From: an uncultured Chlamydiaceae bacterium
GTDB lineage: Bacteria; Chlamydiota; Chlamydiia; Chlamydiales; JAAKFR01
Direction: 5' to 3'
Assembly (NCBI GenBank): GCA_942490925.1
Contig: CALNYX010000017.1
Span: 1,345,159-1,409,158, forward strand
Length of the DNA stretch: 64,000 nt
Under the pieces are notes generated by a model. That model had not been told where the DNA came from. It did not search any database and was given only the letters and a program-made list of their open reading frames with translations. Numbering within the stretch: the first letter of the stretch is position 1; each line of letters opens with the position of its first letter. Shown here one piece after another: positions 36,515 to 45,258 of this stretch. A program made the translations under genes and the position numbers.

Positions 36515-38365
36515 GTGCTACAGTCAATCCCTATGAATGAAAAGCTCAAACGGATTTATCGAGAAGCATACGATGTTGTTATCCCCGACCTTGACTACTA
36601 TCTAAGGCAAATCGATTGTCGCGACGGTTGCCCTGTAAACACTGACGGTCGTGGCTACATGCTGGCTATTCACTCTGGAAATCTGTTGGAGGGATACAAA
36701 ATTGCACGCGGTCCCAATCCCTTTGCTTCGATCTGCGGCATCATTTGTGGTGCTCCTTGTGAAATTGCATGCCGGCGCGATCGTGTCGATAAAACTCTGA
36801 CGATCCGCGCGCAGAAGCGCTATCTAGATGAGTGGTTTGGGCTCGATAAACAGGCGCATATCAAATCACTAGAATTTAGCTATGCGCGCGGCTCTACAAC
36901 ACCAAAGTCAAATGGTTTGAAAGTCGCATGTGTCGGCGCCGGGGTTGCGTCACTCACTTGTGCACATGACTTATTACGTTTGGGCTACGCTGTTGATGTT
37001 TATGAACAGATGCCGTTGCCAGGCGGCTTACTTGTCTACGGAGTGCCGAACTATCGGTTGAAAAATGAGGTCGCGATCAATGAGTGCGCAGCGATTGAGC
37101 ATTTGGGAGCCAGGATTCACTACAATACGAAAGTTGGGCGAGATATCACACTTAGTGAACTTGAAAAGCAATACGATACGATATTTATCGGTAATGGGCT
37201 GTGGAAATCTCGAGAGTTACCAATCCCAGATTTTGAAGCACCAGATATCATTCGTGGTGTCGAATATCTACGGCTACTTTGCGCAGAGCAGAAGTGGAAG
37301 ATAGGGGAACAAGTTATCGTTGTTGGCGGGGGAAACGTCGCATTTGATGTCGCCCGCTCTTCTGTCCGCAATGGAGCTAAACATGTGACGATGGTTTGCT
37401 TGGAGGCGCGCGATGAACAGACTGCTGATGAATTTGAAATCGAAGATGGGATGGAAGAGGGCGTTGCGATTGTCAACCGTGTCGGCCCTGTCTCTGTTGA
37501 GCGCGATGGGAGTGGAAAGATCATTGGGATCAAACTGCAACGAGTTCACTCGCTATTTGATGCAGATGGACGGTTTGCTCCCGACTTCATTGCCGAAACA
37601 GAGTTTGTCATCCCCTGTGATACGATAGCGCTTGCCATTGGCCAGGGGATGGACATGAGTCTGTTTGATGGGTGGGAGCGAAAAAACGAATTTGTCCTTG
37701 AGCGAGGTGTCATCAAAACAGAGAGAGAAACAGGGCGTACTTCAATCAAAGGGATTTATGCAGGCGGAGATGGGGCTTTTGGTCCAGCACTTTTCATCGA
37801 TGCTGTGCGTCACGGTCAGAACTCAGCAAGAGCAATTGATGCAGACTTGCGCGGCACACGTCCCTACCAGGAATTTGTTGGTGAGTTTACAACTGTGCCA
37901 CCGATGCGCGATAAGGCCTACTTGCGTACAAGTTGGTCTTTGCCAACAATGCAACCGGTTGAAAAACGGAAGCACTCTTTGCAACTGGTCGAAAACAACT
38001 ACACAGACGAAGAGGTGCATCAACAATCCAATCGCTGCCTTCAGTGTCACATCTCTCCAGTGTTTGATGGCTCTTTATGCATCAAGTGCAATGGGTGTGT
38101 CGATGTCTGTCCTACCAATTGTTTAAAGCAGGTTTACATTTCCCAGATGAATTTGGATTTGGGTGAAGGGAATATGCGTAAAGCTGTTGATAATCACTAT
38201 GGAGTTGATTCAGCGAGTATGAGTGATGAGGAGTTGAACCAGCTTGGCTCAGCGATGTTGAAGGATGAAGACCTTTGCATTCGGTGTGGGCTGTGCGCAG
38301 AAAAGTGTCCGACGCAAGCTGTGACGATGGATCTGATGAATTATTCGTTCAGATGGATCGGGTAA
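36515..38365 (+). CDS. GltD-like NAD(P)H-dependent FAD/Fe-S oxidoreductase with C-terminal 2x[4Fe-4S] ferredoxin domain
   Basis: N-terminal Cys cluster region (CRDGCPVNTD; ICGIICGAPCEIACRR), two dinucleotide folds (VACVGAGVASLTCA...GG; VIVVGGGNVAFDVA) and GIYAGGDGA. The C-terminal motifs are CIKCNGCVDVCPTNC and CIRCGLCAEKCPTQ. The start may be ATG 36533. Confidence 0.8.
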   Translation: MLQSIPMNEKLKRIYREAYDVVIPDLDYYLRQIDCRDGCPVNTDGRGYMLAIHSGNLLEGYKIARGPNPFASICGIICGAPCEIACRRDRVDKTLTIRAQKRYLDEWFGLDKQAHIKSLEFSYARGSTTPKSNGLKVACVGAGVASLTCAHDLLRLGYAVDVYEQMPLPGGLLVYGVPNYRLKNEVAINECAAIEHLGARIHYNTKVGRDITLSELEKQYDTIFIGNGLWKSRELPIPDFEAPDIIRGVEYLRLLCAEQKWKIGEQVIVVGGGNVAFDVARSSVRNGAKHVTMVCLEARDEQTADEFEIEDGMEEGVAIVNRVGPVSVERDGSGKIIGIKLQRVHSLFDADGRFAPDFIAETEFVIPCDTIALAIGQGMDMSLFDGWERKNEFVLERGVIKTERETGRTSIKGIYAGGDGAFGPALFIDAVRHGQNSARAIDADLRGTRPYQEFVGEFTTVPPMRDKAYLRTSWSLPTMQPVEKRKHSLQLVENNYTDEEVHQQSNRCLQCHISPVFDGSLCIKCNGCVDVCPTNCLKQVYISQMNLDLGEGNMRKAVDNHYGVDSASMSDEELNQLGSAMLKDEDLCIRCGLCAEKCPTQAVTMDLMNYSFRWIG

Positions 38366-38426
38366 GGAGTCCTGGAGCATTATTTAGTGACTCCTTAAGA
38401 AACCTCTGAAATTAAATAAAGTTGAG

Positions 38427-38576
38427 TTGAATATCGAGATCTTTTGGTTTATCATATTTTCTTTGATCGGTGGCATCGCCGCACTTGTGGTCTTTCTCTA
38501 CTGTTTGAAGAAAGGACAGTTTGAGGATGTTGAAGAGACCAAGTACCAGGTGTTTCGCGATGATGAGGAGGATTAG
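38427..38576 (+). CDS. CcoS/FixS-like mini membrane protein (unannotated sORF)
   Basis: 49 aa from TTG 38427: NIEIFWFIIFSLIGGIAALVVFLYCLKKGQFEDVEETKYQVFRDDEED. One TM helix is followed by K-x-GQ-F/Y-[DE]-D and an acidic tail, as in CcoS. The stop TAG overlaps the Rieske GTG (TAGTG). Confidence 0.55.
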   Translation: MNIEIFWFIIFSLIGGIAALVVFLYCLKKGQFEDVEETKYQVFRDDEED

Positions 38577-39088
38577 TGCCAAAATATCGAAATAGTCTGC
38601 GCGTTGTTAAAGATACAAAAGAGCCAAAAGTTTCTAGACGTAAGTTTTTAGCGCTCATTGGTTGGGGCGCCGTAGCGGGTGTTGGTGGCATCTTGGCATC
38701 TGCAATGGGAGGCTTTCTCTATCCGAACGCTCTTAAGATTCCCCCAAGTGTTTTTTCCATTGGCAGGCCAGACGATGTTCTCTCTTCTGAAGGGCGCGTA
38801 TTTCTTCCCGGACAGAAAGTTTTTGTTGAAGTTGCTCGTGGTCGTGTGCGTTGTCTCACAGCGATTTGCACACACCTAGGTTGTACTGTGAATGGTGTTG
38901 AAACGGGTTTTAAATGTCCATGTCACGGTTCGACATACGATTTGGATGGAAAAAATACGGGCGGACCAGCTCCAAGCCCGCTTGTCTACTTCCAGGTCTA
39001 CAAAGGGGCCTCAGGAGAATTACTTGTTGATAAAAGTCGCGAAATCCATGTGCCAGCTGAATCATGGTACTCGCCAACTGCTGCGTGA
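38576..39088 (+). CDS. Rieske [2Fe-2S] protein with twin-arginine signal/anchor
   Basis: SRRKFLALIGWGAVAG (Tat motif plus TM) and the cluster boxes CTHLGC and CPCHGS. Confidence 0.9.
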   Translation: MPKYRNSLRVVKDTKEPKVSRRKFLALIGWGAVAGVGGILASAMGGFLYPNALKIPPSVFSIGRPDDVLSSEGRVFLPGQKVFVEVARGRVRCLTAICTHLGCTVNGVETGFKCPCHGSTYDLDGKNTGGPAPSPLVYFQVYKGASGELLVDKSREIHVPAESWYSPTAA

Positions 39089-39093
39089 AAAAG

Positions 39094-40422
39094 ATGGCCT
39101 CATTTAAAGGGAAACCAAAAAAAAGCTTTTGGCAAACACTCGAAACGCTTCCTGCTGATTTTGTGCGTTCGATTTTTCGTCATCGCTATCCAAGCAATGA
39201 TGTCGATCGCTCTGAGATCGTCTTCAAAAACTTTTTCCTCCACATCCATCCAGTCAAGTGTCACAAAACAGCTGTTGATCCTTTTCACACACTCGGACTT
39301 GGCGCCATAACGGCAAGTCTTTTCTTCTTGCTTGTCATCACAGGCGTTGTCTTGATGTTTTTCTACATTCCTGCTGTTGATCGCGCCTACACTATTCTTG
39401 TCGACTGGCTTGACACGACACCATTTGCGATGATGTGGCGCAACATTCATCGATGGAGCGCGCAGTTGATGGTGCTCTTTGTCTTCCTCCACATGAGTCG
39501 CGTCTTTTACATGGGGGCCTATAAGGGAGAGCGGAAATTCAATTGGATGATCGGTGTGATCTTGATGGTCATTACCCTTTTTCTCTCATTCACTGGCTAT
39601 CTTTTACCTTGGGATCAACTCGCTTTTTGGGCCATTACAGTCGGCTCTGAGATTGCGGGTTATGTTCCAGGGATTCCAGGGATGCAGTATAACATCAACA
39701 AACTGATGCTATTGGGGTCGACAACGGTGGGGCAAGATGCATTGATTCGCTTCTACGTTCTGCACGTGATGGTCCTACCCCTTCTTTTAGGAACCTTTTT
39801 AGGGGTCCATTTCTGGAGAATCCGAAAAGATGGAGGGTTAGCTCGTCCTCCAGATCGTTGGCGTCCAGATCCTTATAGAGTTGTGCAACGCTCTGACACC
39901 AAAGAGTCATTTGCCCCTGGTGTCCGTCGAACCTATGGCTTGATGGAGCTTGTCAGGGGTGCAAATCCCACAGTCGACAGAGGACCAGAGAATTACGTCT
40001 TTACCTGGCCAAACTTGCTCAGAGCAGAATTAATGGTCTTTTTGGGCACTGCTGCACTTGTTGTGCTCCTTTCGCTCTTTATTGATGCACCTCTAGAAGA
40101 GATCGCAAACCCTTCTAAACCAACAAATCCTGCAAAAGCACCCTGGTATTTCTTAGGGTTACAAGAGATGGTCTCTTACAATGCTTTTTGGGGAGGTGTG
40201 GGTATTCCGATGTTGATTATCATAGGGTTAGCGCTTATTCCTTATCTTGATCGGAATCCTCAAGGTGAAGGTGTTTGGTTCCACAAGAGCCGCTATTTCG
40301 GTATTTTTCTCTACACAACATTCATGACAATCCAAGGGCTTTTAGTCGTAGTTGGAGTCTTTTTCCGAGGCCCCAACTGGAGTTGGATTTGGCCATGGAC
40401 TGACAATTTTGCGAGGCATTAG
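39094..40422 (+). CDS. Cytochrome b (b6-like, with fused subunit-IV-like C-terminal part)
   Basis: The track ORF starts at 39064; ATG 39094 lies 6 nt after the Rieske stop. The helix B pair is IHRW...x13...LHMS and the helix D pair is LHVM...x14...VHFW (b6-type spacing). The APWYFLGLQE block is present. Confidence 0.9.
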   Translation: MASFKGKPKKSFWQTLETLPADFVRSIFRHRYPSNDVDRSEIVFKNFFLHIHPVKCHKTAVDPFHTLGLGAITASLFFLLVITGVVLMFFYIPAVDRAYTILVDWLDTTPFAMMWRNIHRWSAQLMVLFVFLHMSRVFYMGAYKGERKFNWMIGVILMVITLFLSFTGYLLPWDQLAFWAITVGSEIAGYVPGIPGMQYNINKLMLLGSTTVGQDALIRFYVLHVMVLPLLLGTFLGVHFWRIRKDGGLARPPDRWRPDPYRVVQRSDTKESFAPGVRRTYGLMELVRGANPTVDRGPENYVFTWPNLLRAELMVFLGTAALVVLLSLFIDAPLEEIANPSKPTNPAKAPWYFLGLQEMVSYNAFWGGVGIPMLIIIGLALIPYLDRNPQGEGVWFHKSRYFGIFLYTTFMTIQGLLVVVGVFFRGPNWSWIWPWTDNFARH

Positions 40423-43400
40423 TGCGCTATCAAACAGGTTATCAATACGCTTTGATCTTTTTTGCAGCGCTTGTCGTCTTTTCAATTGGTGTGTTTGTCT
40501 ACAAAGAGCTTTTTCCTGAGTATAAGACCTACCAGTATGCCTATAAAGAGCTTGAGGCACTACGTTCAAAGGTGACTGGAGAAAAACCGGCTCCATTTGC
40601 AACAGGGATTCGTCAGATCATGATTCCTGATCCTGACAATGGCCCTGAAGTGATTGATCGTTGCACGTCGTGTCACGTCGCAATGAACCTCCCTCATTTT
40701 TCTCCAAAGCGTCTGGCGCTTGATGTGAATGACAATCCCATTGTCGATGCTCAAGGTGATCCTGTACTGGAAGCTAACCCGAGTTACATCTGGACAGAGG
40801 TAGGCGAGAAGGCGAAGCATCTAGACACAAAAGAAATGCGCATGGCGCTGATGGCTCACCCGCTGATAGGAGCTGAAACACGACCTTTTGAATACCATTC
40901 AATGGAAGAGTATGGCTGTACAACTTGTCACAGTGGTAATGGACGTGCACTGGTTGCAAAACGTGCTCATGGACCTGTTTTCGACGAAACGTATGAACCG
41001 GCTGACCTGGGCAAGAAGCCGCAATTCTTAGAGATCGATGAGGAGCATGATCCACTTCTTGCGAGGATGTATAACAACAAGCCTGGTCATGATTTGGTCT
41101 TTCAGACAACGCCGCTTTTTGTTGGGCCGCTCATGACAGCAAAGTGTATGCAGTGTCACCAGTCGACTGCATCAGAGATGCAGGCAACGCTTGAGAAGAT
41201 TACAGATTTGGAAGCAAAGAAAAAAGAGCAGGTCGCACTTCTAGAAAAAGGGATTGAAGATGATAAATCAGCGCTAGCTGCATTGACGGATTTACAAGCG
41301 CGTTTGAAGAGTGAGGGATATGCCAAGACAATTGCTTGGTTGCAAGAGCAGCTGGGGGATTTTCGCCTCTCTTCGGAGCAACTCGATGCATACGCTGGGC
41401 AGCTGACATTCATGCAGACGAACAAAGAGAATCCAGATGAAGCGATTGTCAAACAGCTTGACATGCTTGGGAAGCATTCTATTTTGGCAAAAGAGCAGAT
41501 GTTGGCAGAAATTGAGCCAACGCTTGAAATGTTTGATCGAGCAAAGGCTCCTCTTTTTGTTGCAGGTCAAGATAAGCAAGTGGTAAGTAAGATGCGCTCA
41601 CAAGTTGACCGGTTAACGGTGAGCTACCAAAGAGGGCAAGAACTTTTTCTTTCTCAGGCCTGTTATGCTTGCCATCGCATTGCTGGCTTTTCACGCTCGA
41701 GTGTTGGTCCTGAGTTGACAACTGCAGGTTTGAGTTATCCCTGGTTTATCAAAGAGTCGATTGTATGGCCTCAGGCTGATTTGCCCTCTTCAACGATGCC
41801 GAATTTTCATCTCGATCATGAAGAGCTTGGCGATCTGATGGCATTTTTGATGGCACAAACAGGTAATCGCAAGGTGCAATCAGAAGTGGAACATCAAATC
41901 GCGCTCAACCAGTGGGAAGCTGGCGAGAAAATGGCGTGGGAAAAACCCGTTGCTCCGACGCAGATTCATGACTTGCGCGCTGGGATGATGATCTATGCAA
42001 CACAAGGGTGCGCCGCTTGTCACAAGTTGGAAGGGTTTGAATCTAATCTTGCAGTTGAAGATGAGCTCTGGTTCAAAAAGTTGTTTCCTGAACAGATTAC
42101 AGGATCAAAGTTAGCAGCAGTAGTTGAAGCACATGGCAAAGAGATCGAAGCGCAGTTTAAGCAGGTTCGCAAGAATGGGATCTTAGAAGAGATTGAGCTC
42201 GGCTATCCCGGATTGCTTATGGGGTACTACTCTAACTTCAAGTTTGCAGCGCGCAAAGGAAATGAAGACTTATTGAACAAGGTGTTGATGGGTTATATTC
42301 AAGCCTATGGACTTGGTCGTGACATTGCACCAGCGCTTAATTGGTCAGGAGTCTACCGAGATAATGCCTGGCTAATGGGACATTTTCACAATCCAAATGC
42401 TTATACTGCAAAATCGATCATGCCTGTCATGCCATTTGATGATACGAAATTCTACACACTCAACTACATGTTGCATAAGCTAGGGGAAAAAAATCGTGAT
42501 GCATTGCAACAAGTTTGGAAAAAAGATGGATTTGATCCGCCAGCAGCTTATACAGCGCTTTGCTCTTCCTGTCATGGCCCAAATCGCCAAGGAAATGGAC
42601 TTGTCTCTGAGTGGATCTACCCGATCCCTAAAAACCTGAGAGATCCTGTTTTCTTACGCAGTTTGACTAAAGAGCGTGCAATCGATTCGATCTGGCACGG
42701 CGTTTCTGGCACACCGATGCCGCCTTGGGGAGAGACTATCGAAGGGGAACCTGTACTCAACTATGCTCAGATTGTAAAGCTAGTCGACTGGTTGTATCAA
42801 GGATTGCCACCAATGCCGCGGCAAGCAAGTGAAGAAGAGAAGTGGAACTATACTCCAGAGATGGTTGTGCAAGAGATGGAAAAAGAGCGCGAGCTGTTGC
42901 AGCCCTCACACAAACCTGTCGATGTTGCAACCTACTTTGAAGTGCGCCCCAATCCGATTCCTGGCCCAGATAAAGAGCTCTATTTCATCAGAGAGCAGTT
43001 TTATACCCCTGAGAATTTGGAGGAGGGAAGAGAGTACTACGATGTGAACTGCGCAACTTGTCATGGAAAAGATGGTGGAGGAACAGGTTTACGCTCGACA
43101 TCCATGGTTGAAGCAAAACCTCGTATGCTCACCAATTTGCCTTGGATACGTTCACGCGATGATCTCCGTTTACTTCGCTCCATCAAATATGGTGTAGCTG
43201 GCACTGCGATGATCCCTTGGGGAGATCAGACAACCGCGGCTCAACGAATGGAACTGGTGATGTACATTCGAGAGCTGACACGTATGCAAATTCTGCGCGA
43301 TGACTTTGAAGAAGTGATCTATGATGTGTTCGATCGCCGAGAACTCGAACTGAATGAAGCACGCATTCCAAACTATGAAGCACTGGAGAAATTACAAACA

Positions 43401-43853
43401 GCCTATGATCAAGCTGTTTTAGAGGGTGCTCCGCTCACCATGAAAAAAGAGCTAGCTGAAAAGCGAGCAATTGATGCGCGCTACCTAGAAGAGATTGAGC
43501 TTCTTCAGCAAGAGCGTGAAATCTATAGAACACTCGGCTTGCAGCTCATTGGTAAGGAGCTTCCCTCGCCGATTATTGAGAGTTACTTTGAGTTTCTACA
43601 TGAGCGCAAAGGTGAGCCTCTTGCAGTGATTGGCTATCTTGATCAAGTGATCGCGGATTATCAGAAGCAGCTTGATGATCTCACCCAAGGACTCAGTGAT
43701 ATGGAAATTGTCCAGAATAAGCGTGTACAAAAAGTGATTACAGAGCAACGTGGCTACATCAACTTGCGCACGAAGCTAATGATGGGGGTTTCAAACGGTA
43801 AAAGACTGCAGGAAAAACAGCGAGACCTCTATAATGCCCTCCATGATGCATGA
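40422..43853 (+). CDS. Membrane-anchored heptahaem cytochrome c with CcoP-like dihaem module
   Basis: 1143 aa with an N-terminal TM helix. The seven CxxCH motifs start at residues 81, 166, 242, 413, 530, 714 and 877. Domains 6-7 (CSSCHGPNRQGNG...GTPMPPWG; CATCHGKDGGGTG...GTAMIPWG) look like FixP/CcoP. The GTG start overlaps the cyt b stop (TAGTG). Confidence 0.85.
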   Translation: MRYQTGYQYALIFFAALVVFSIGVFVYKELFPEYKTYQYAYKELEALRSKVTGEKPAPFATGIRQIMIPDPDNGPEVIDRCTSCHVAMNLPHFSPKRLALDVNDNPIVDAQGDPVLEANPSYIWTEVGEKAKHLDTKEMRMALMAHPLIGAETRPFEYHSMEEYGCTTCHSGNGRALVAKRAHGPVFDETYEPADLGKKPQFLEIDEEHDPLLARMYNNKPGHDLVFQTTPLFVGPLMTAKCMQCHQSTASEMQATLEKITDLEAKKKEQVALLEKGIEDDKSALAALTDLQARLKSEGYAKTIAWLQEQLGDFRLSSEQLDAYAGQLTFMQTNKENPDEAIVKQLDMLGKHSILAKEQMLAEIEPTLEMFDRAKAPLFVAGQDKQVVSKMRSQVDRLTVSYQRGQELFLSQACYACHRIAGFSRSSVGPELTTAGLSYPWFIKESIVWPQADLPSSTMPNFHLDHEELGDLMAFLMAQTGNRKVQSEVEHQIALNQWEAGEKMAWEKPVAPTQIHDLRAGMMIYATQGCAACHKLEGFESNLAVEDELWFKKLFPEQITGSKLAAVVEAHGKEIEAQFKQVRKNGILEEIELGYPGLLMGYYSNFKFAARKGNEDLLNKVLMGYIQAYGLGRDIAPALNWSGVYRDNAWLMGHFHNPNAYTAKSIMPVMPFDDTKFYTLNYMLHKLGEKNRDALQQVWKKDGFDPPAAYTALCSSCHGPNRQGNGLVSEWIYPIPKNLRDPVFLRSLTKERAIDSIWHGVSGTPMPPWGETIEGEPVLNYAQIVKLVDWLYQGLPPMPRQASEEEKWNYTPEMVVQEMEKERELLQPSHKPVDVATYFEVRPNPIPGPDKELYFIREQFYTPENLEEGREYYDVNCATCHGKDGGGTGLRSTSMVEAKPRMLTNLPWIRSRDDLRLLRSIKYGVAGTAMIPWGDQTTAAQRMELVMYIRELTRMQILRDDFEEVIYDVFDRRELELNEARIPNYEALEKLQTAYDQAVLEGAPLTMKKELAEKRAIDARYLEEIELLQQEREIYRTLGLQLIGKELPSPIIESYFEFLHERKGEPLAVIGYLDQVIADYQKQLDDLTQGLSDMEIVQNKRVQKVITEQRGYINLRTKLMMGVSNGKRLQEKQRDLYNALHDA

Positions 43854-45258
43854 CGATAGACCCGTTAAACAGATGTTGTACCCCGCAGTTCTCTTTTTAC
43901 TCGTTGGGCTGCTCATCGGTATTTTCATTTCTATCAACGGTTTTCTCTTTCCCGATTACTTCTCAGGTGAATATATCCACTTTGGGCGCGTCCGTCCTGT
44001 ACATGTTGGCACAGTCACAATCTTGTGGCTCCTTTCTGCTGATATGGGACTCCTCTACTATTTTGTTCCCCGTCTAGCAGGCACTCCATTATGGAGCTTC
44101 AAGCTCGCTTGCGTCACAACAGTCATCTGGTGGGTAAGCGCTGTGTTGGGTATCTTCTCCTATCCAACAGGTACGAATTTTGGTTGGGAATATGCTGAAT
44201 TCCCCATGACAATTGGGAAGGGACTGATCCCCATCAAACTGCTTATGACAATTGGTTGGGTGCTATTTGCTATTAACATCTTTGCCACCATCATGAAGCG
44301 GAAGCATAAACAGATGTATGTTTCGCTCTGGTATGCTCTTGGAACCCTTATTTGGACCTCTATTACCTTTGTGGTTGGTAACTTTCTCATCTTGCTTGTC
44401 CCCTATGGAATTTCACGGGTTAACACGAGTTTTTTCTATGTTCACAACCTTGTCGGCTTGATTTTTACTCCGATGGGTCTTGCCATTGCCTACTACTTCA
44501 TTCCCAAAATTTCCAAGACACCGATCTACAGTCATCGCTTGTCGATGGTTGGATTTTGGTCGATTGCATTTTTCTATGCCTGGATCGGTGCGCATCATAT
44601 GTTGCATGGACCCGAGTCACAGTGGTTACAAACAACGAGCATTATCTTTTCGATGTGGTTAATCATTCCAGTTTGGACCGTAGTGACCAATTTATTTGGA
44701 ACGGTGAAACGTGGCTGGGAGATGTATAGTAAAAGTGCTCCATTGCGCTTTTTAACCATGGGAGTCGCGTTCTACCTGATCGTCTGTTTGCAAGGCTCTT
44801 TGCAATCGTTGCGCAACGTGAATGAGGTGATCTCAAAAACCGATTGGATCATCGGACATGCTCACATGTCACTACTAGGCACATTCAGCTTTTTTGCAAT
44901 TGGAGGTGTTTACTACGCCATTCCACAAATCACAGGCAAACCCCTTTGGTCTGAGAGGTTGGCTAACTGGCATTTCACTCTTGCACTTACAGGCTCAGTG
45001 CTCATGTTTGTCGTCCTATGGATTGGAGGTTTTCATCAAGGACTCATGTGGGCAAATTGGGGCACAGGGACAACCTACTCACAGTTTCATGAAAATCTTA
45101 GCCGCGTTCCTTTCTTACTTACCGTTGAAAAGATGTGGTGGTGGTGGTTTTGGAGAATGATTGGAGGCGTCATCATTTTCATCGGATGCGCTATATTTGC
45201 TTTCAATATCTTCAATACCATTATCCTTGATCCTCCTTCAGAGGAGGGAGACGCATGA
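43834..45258 (+). CDS. ccoN: cbb3-type (C-family) haem-copper oxidase subunit I
   Basis: 12-TM protein with His ligand contexts RPVHVGT, FFYVHNL, GAHHMLHG and GHAHMSLLG. The start is among ATGs at 43834-43846 and overlaps the cytochrome c stop. Confidence 0.85.
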   Translation: MPSMMHDDRPVKQMLYPAVLFLLVGLLIGIFISINGFLFPDYFSGEYIHFGRVRPVHVGTVTILWLLSADMGLLYYFVPRLAGTPLWSFKLACVTTVIWWVSAVLGIFSYPTGTNFGWEYAEFPMTIGKGLIPIKLLMTIGWVLFAINIFATIMKRKHKQMYVSLWYALGTLIWTSITFVVGNFLILLVPYGISRVNTSFFYVHNLVGLIFTPMGLAIAYYFIPKISKTPIYSHRLSMVGFWSIAFFYAWIGAHHMLHGPESQWLQTTSIIFSMWLIIPVWTVVTNLFGTVKRGWEMYSKSAPLRFLTMGVAFYLIVCLQGSLQSLRNVNEVISKTDWIIGHAHMSLLGTFSFFAIGGVYYAIPQITGKPLWSERLANWHFTLALTGSVLMFVVLWIGGFHQGLMWANWGTGTTYSQFHENLSRVPFLLTVEKMWWWWFWRMIGGVIIFIGCAIFAFNIFNTIILDPPSEEGDA

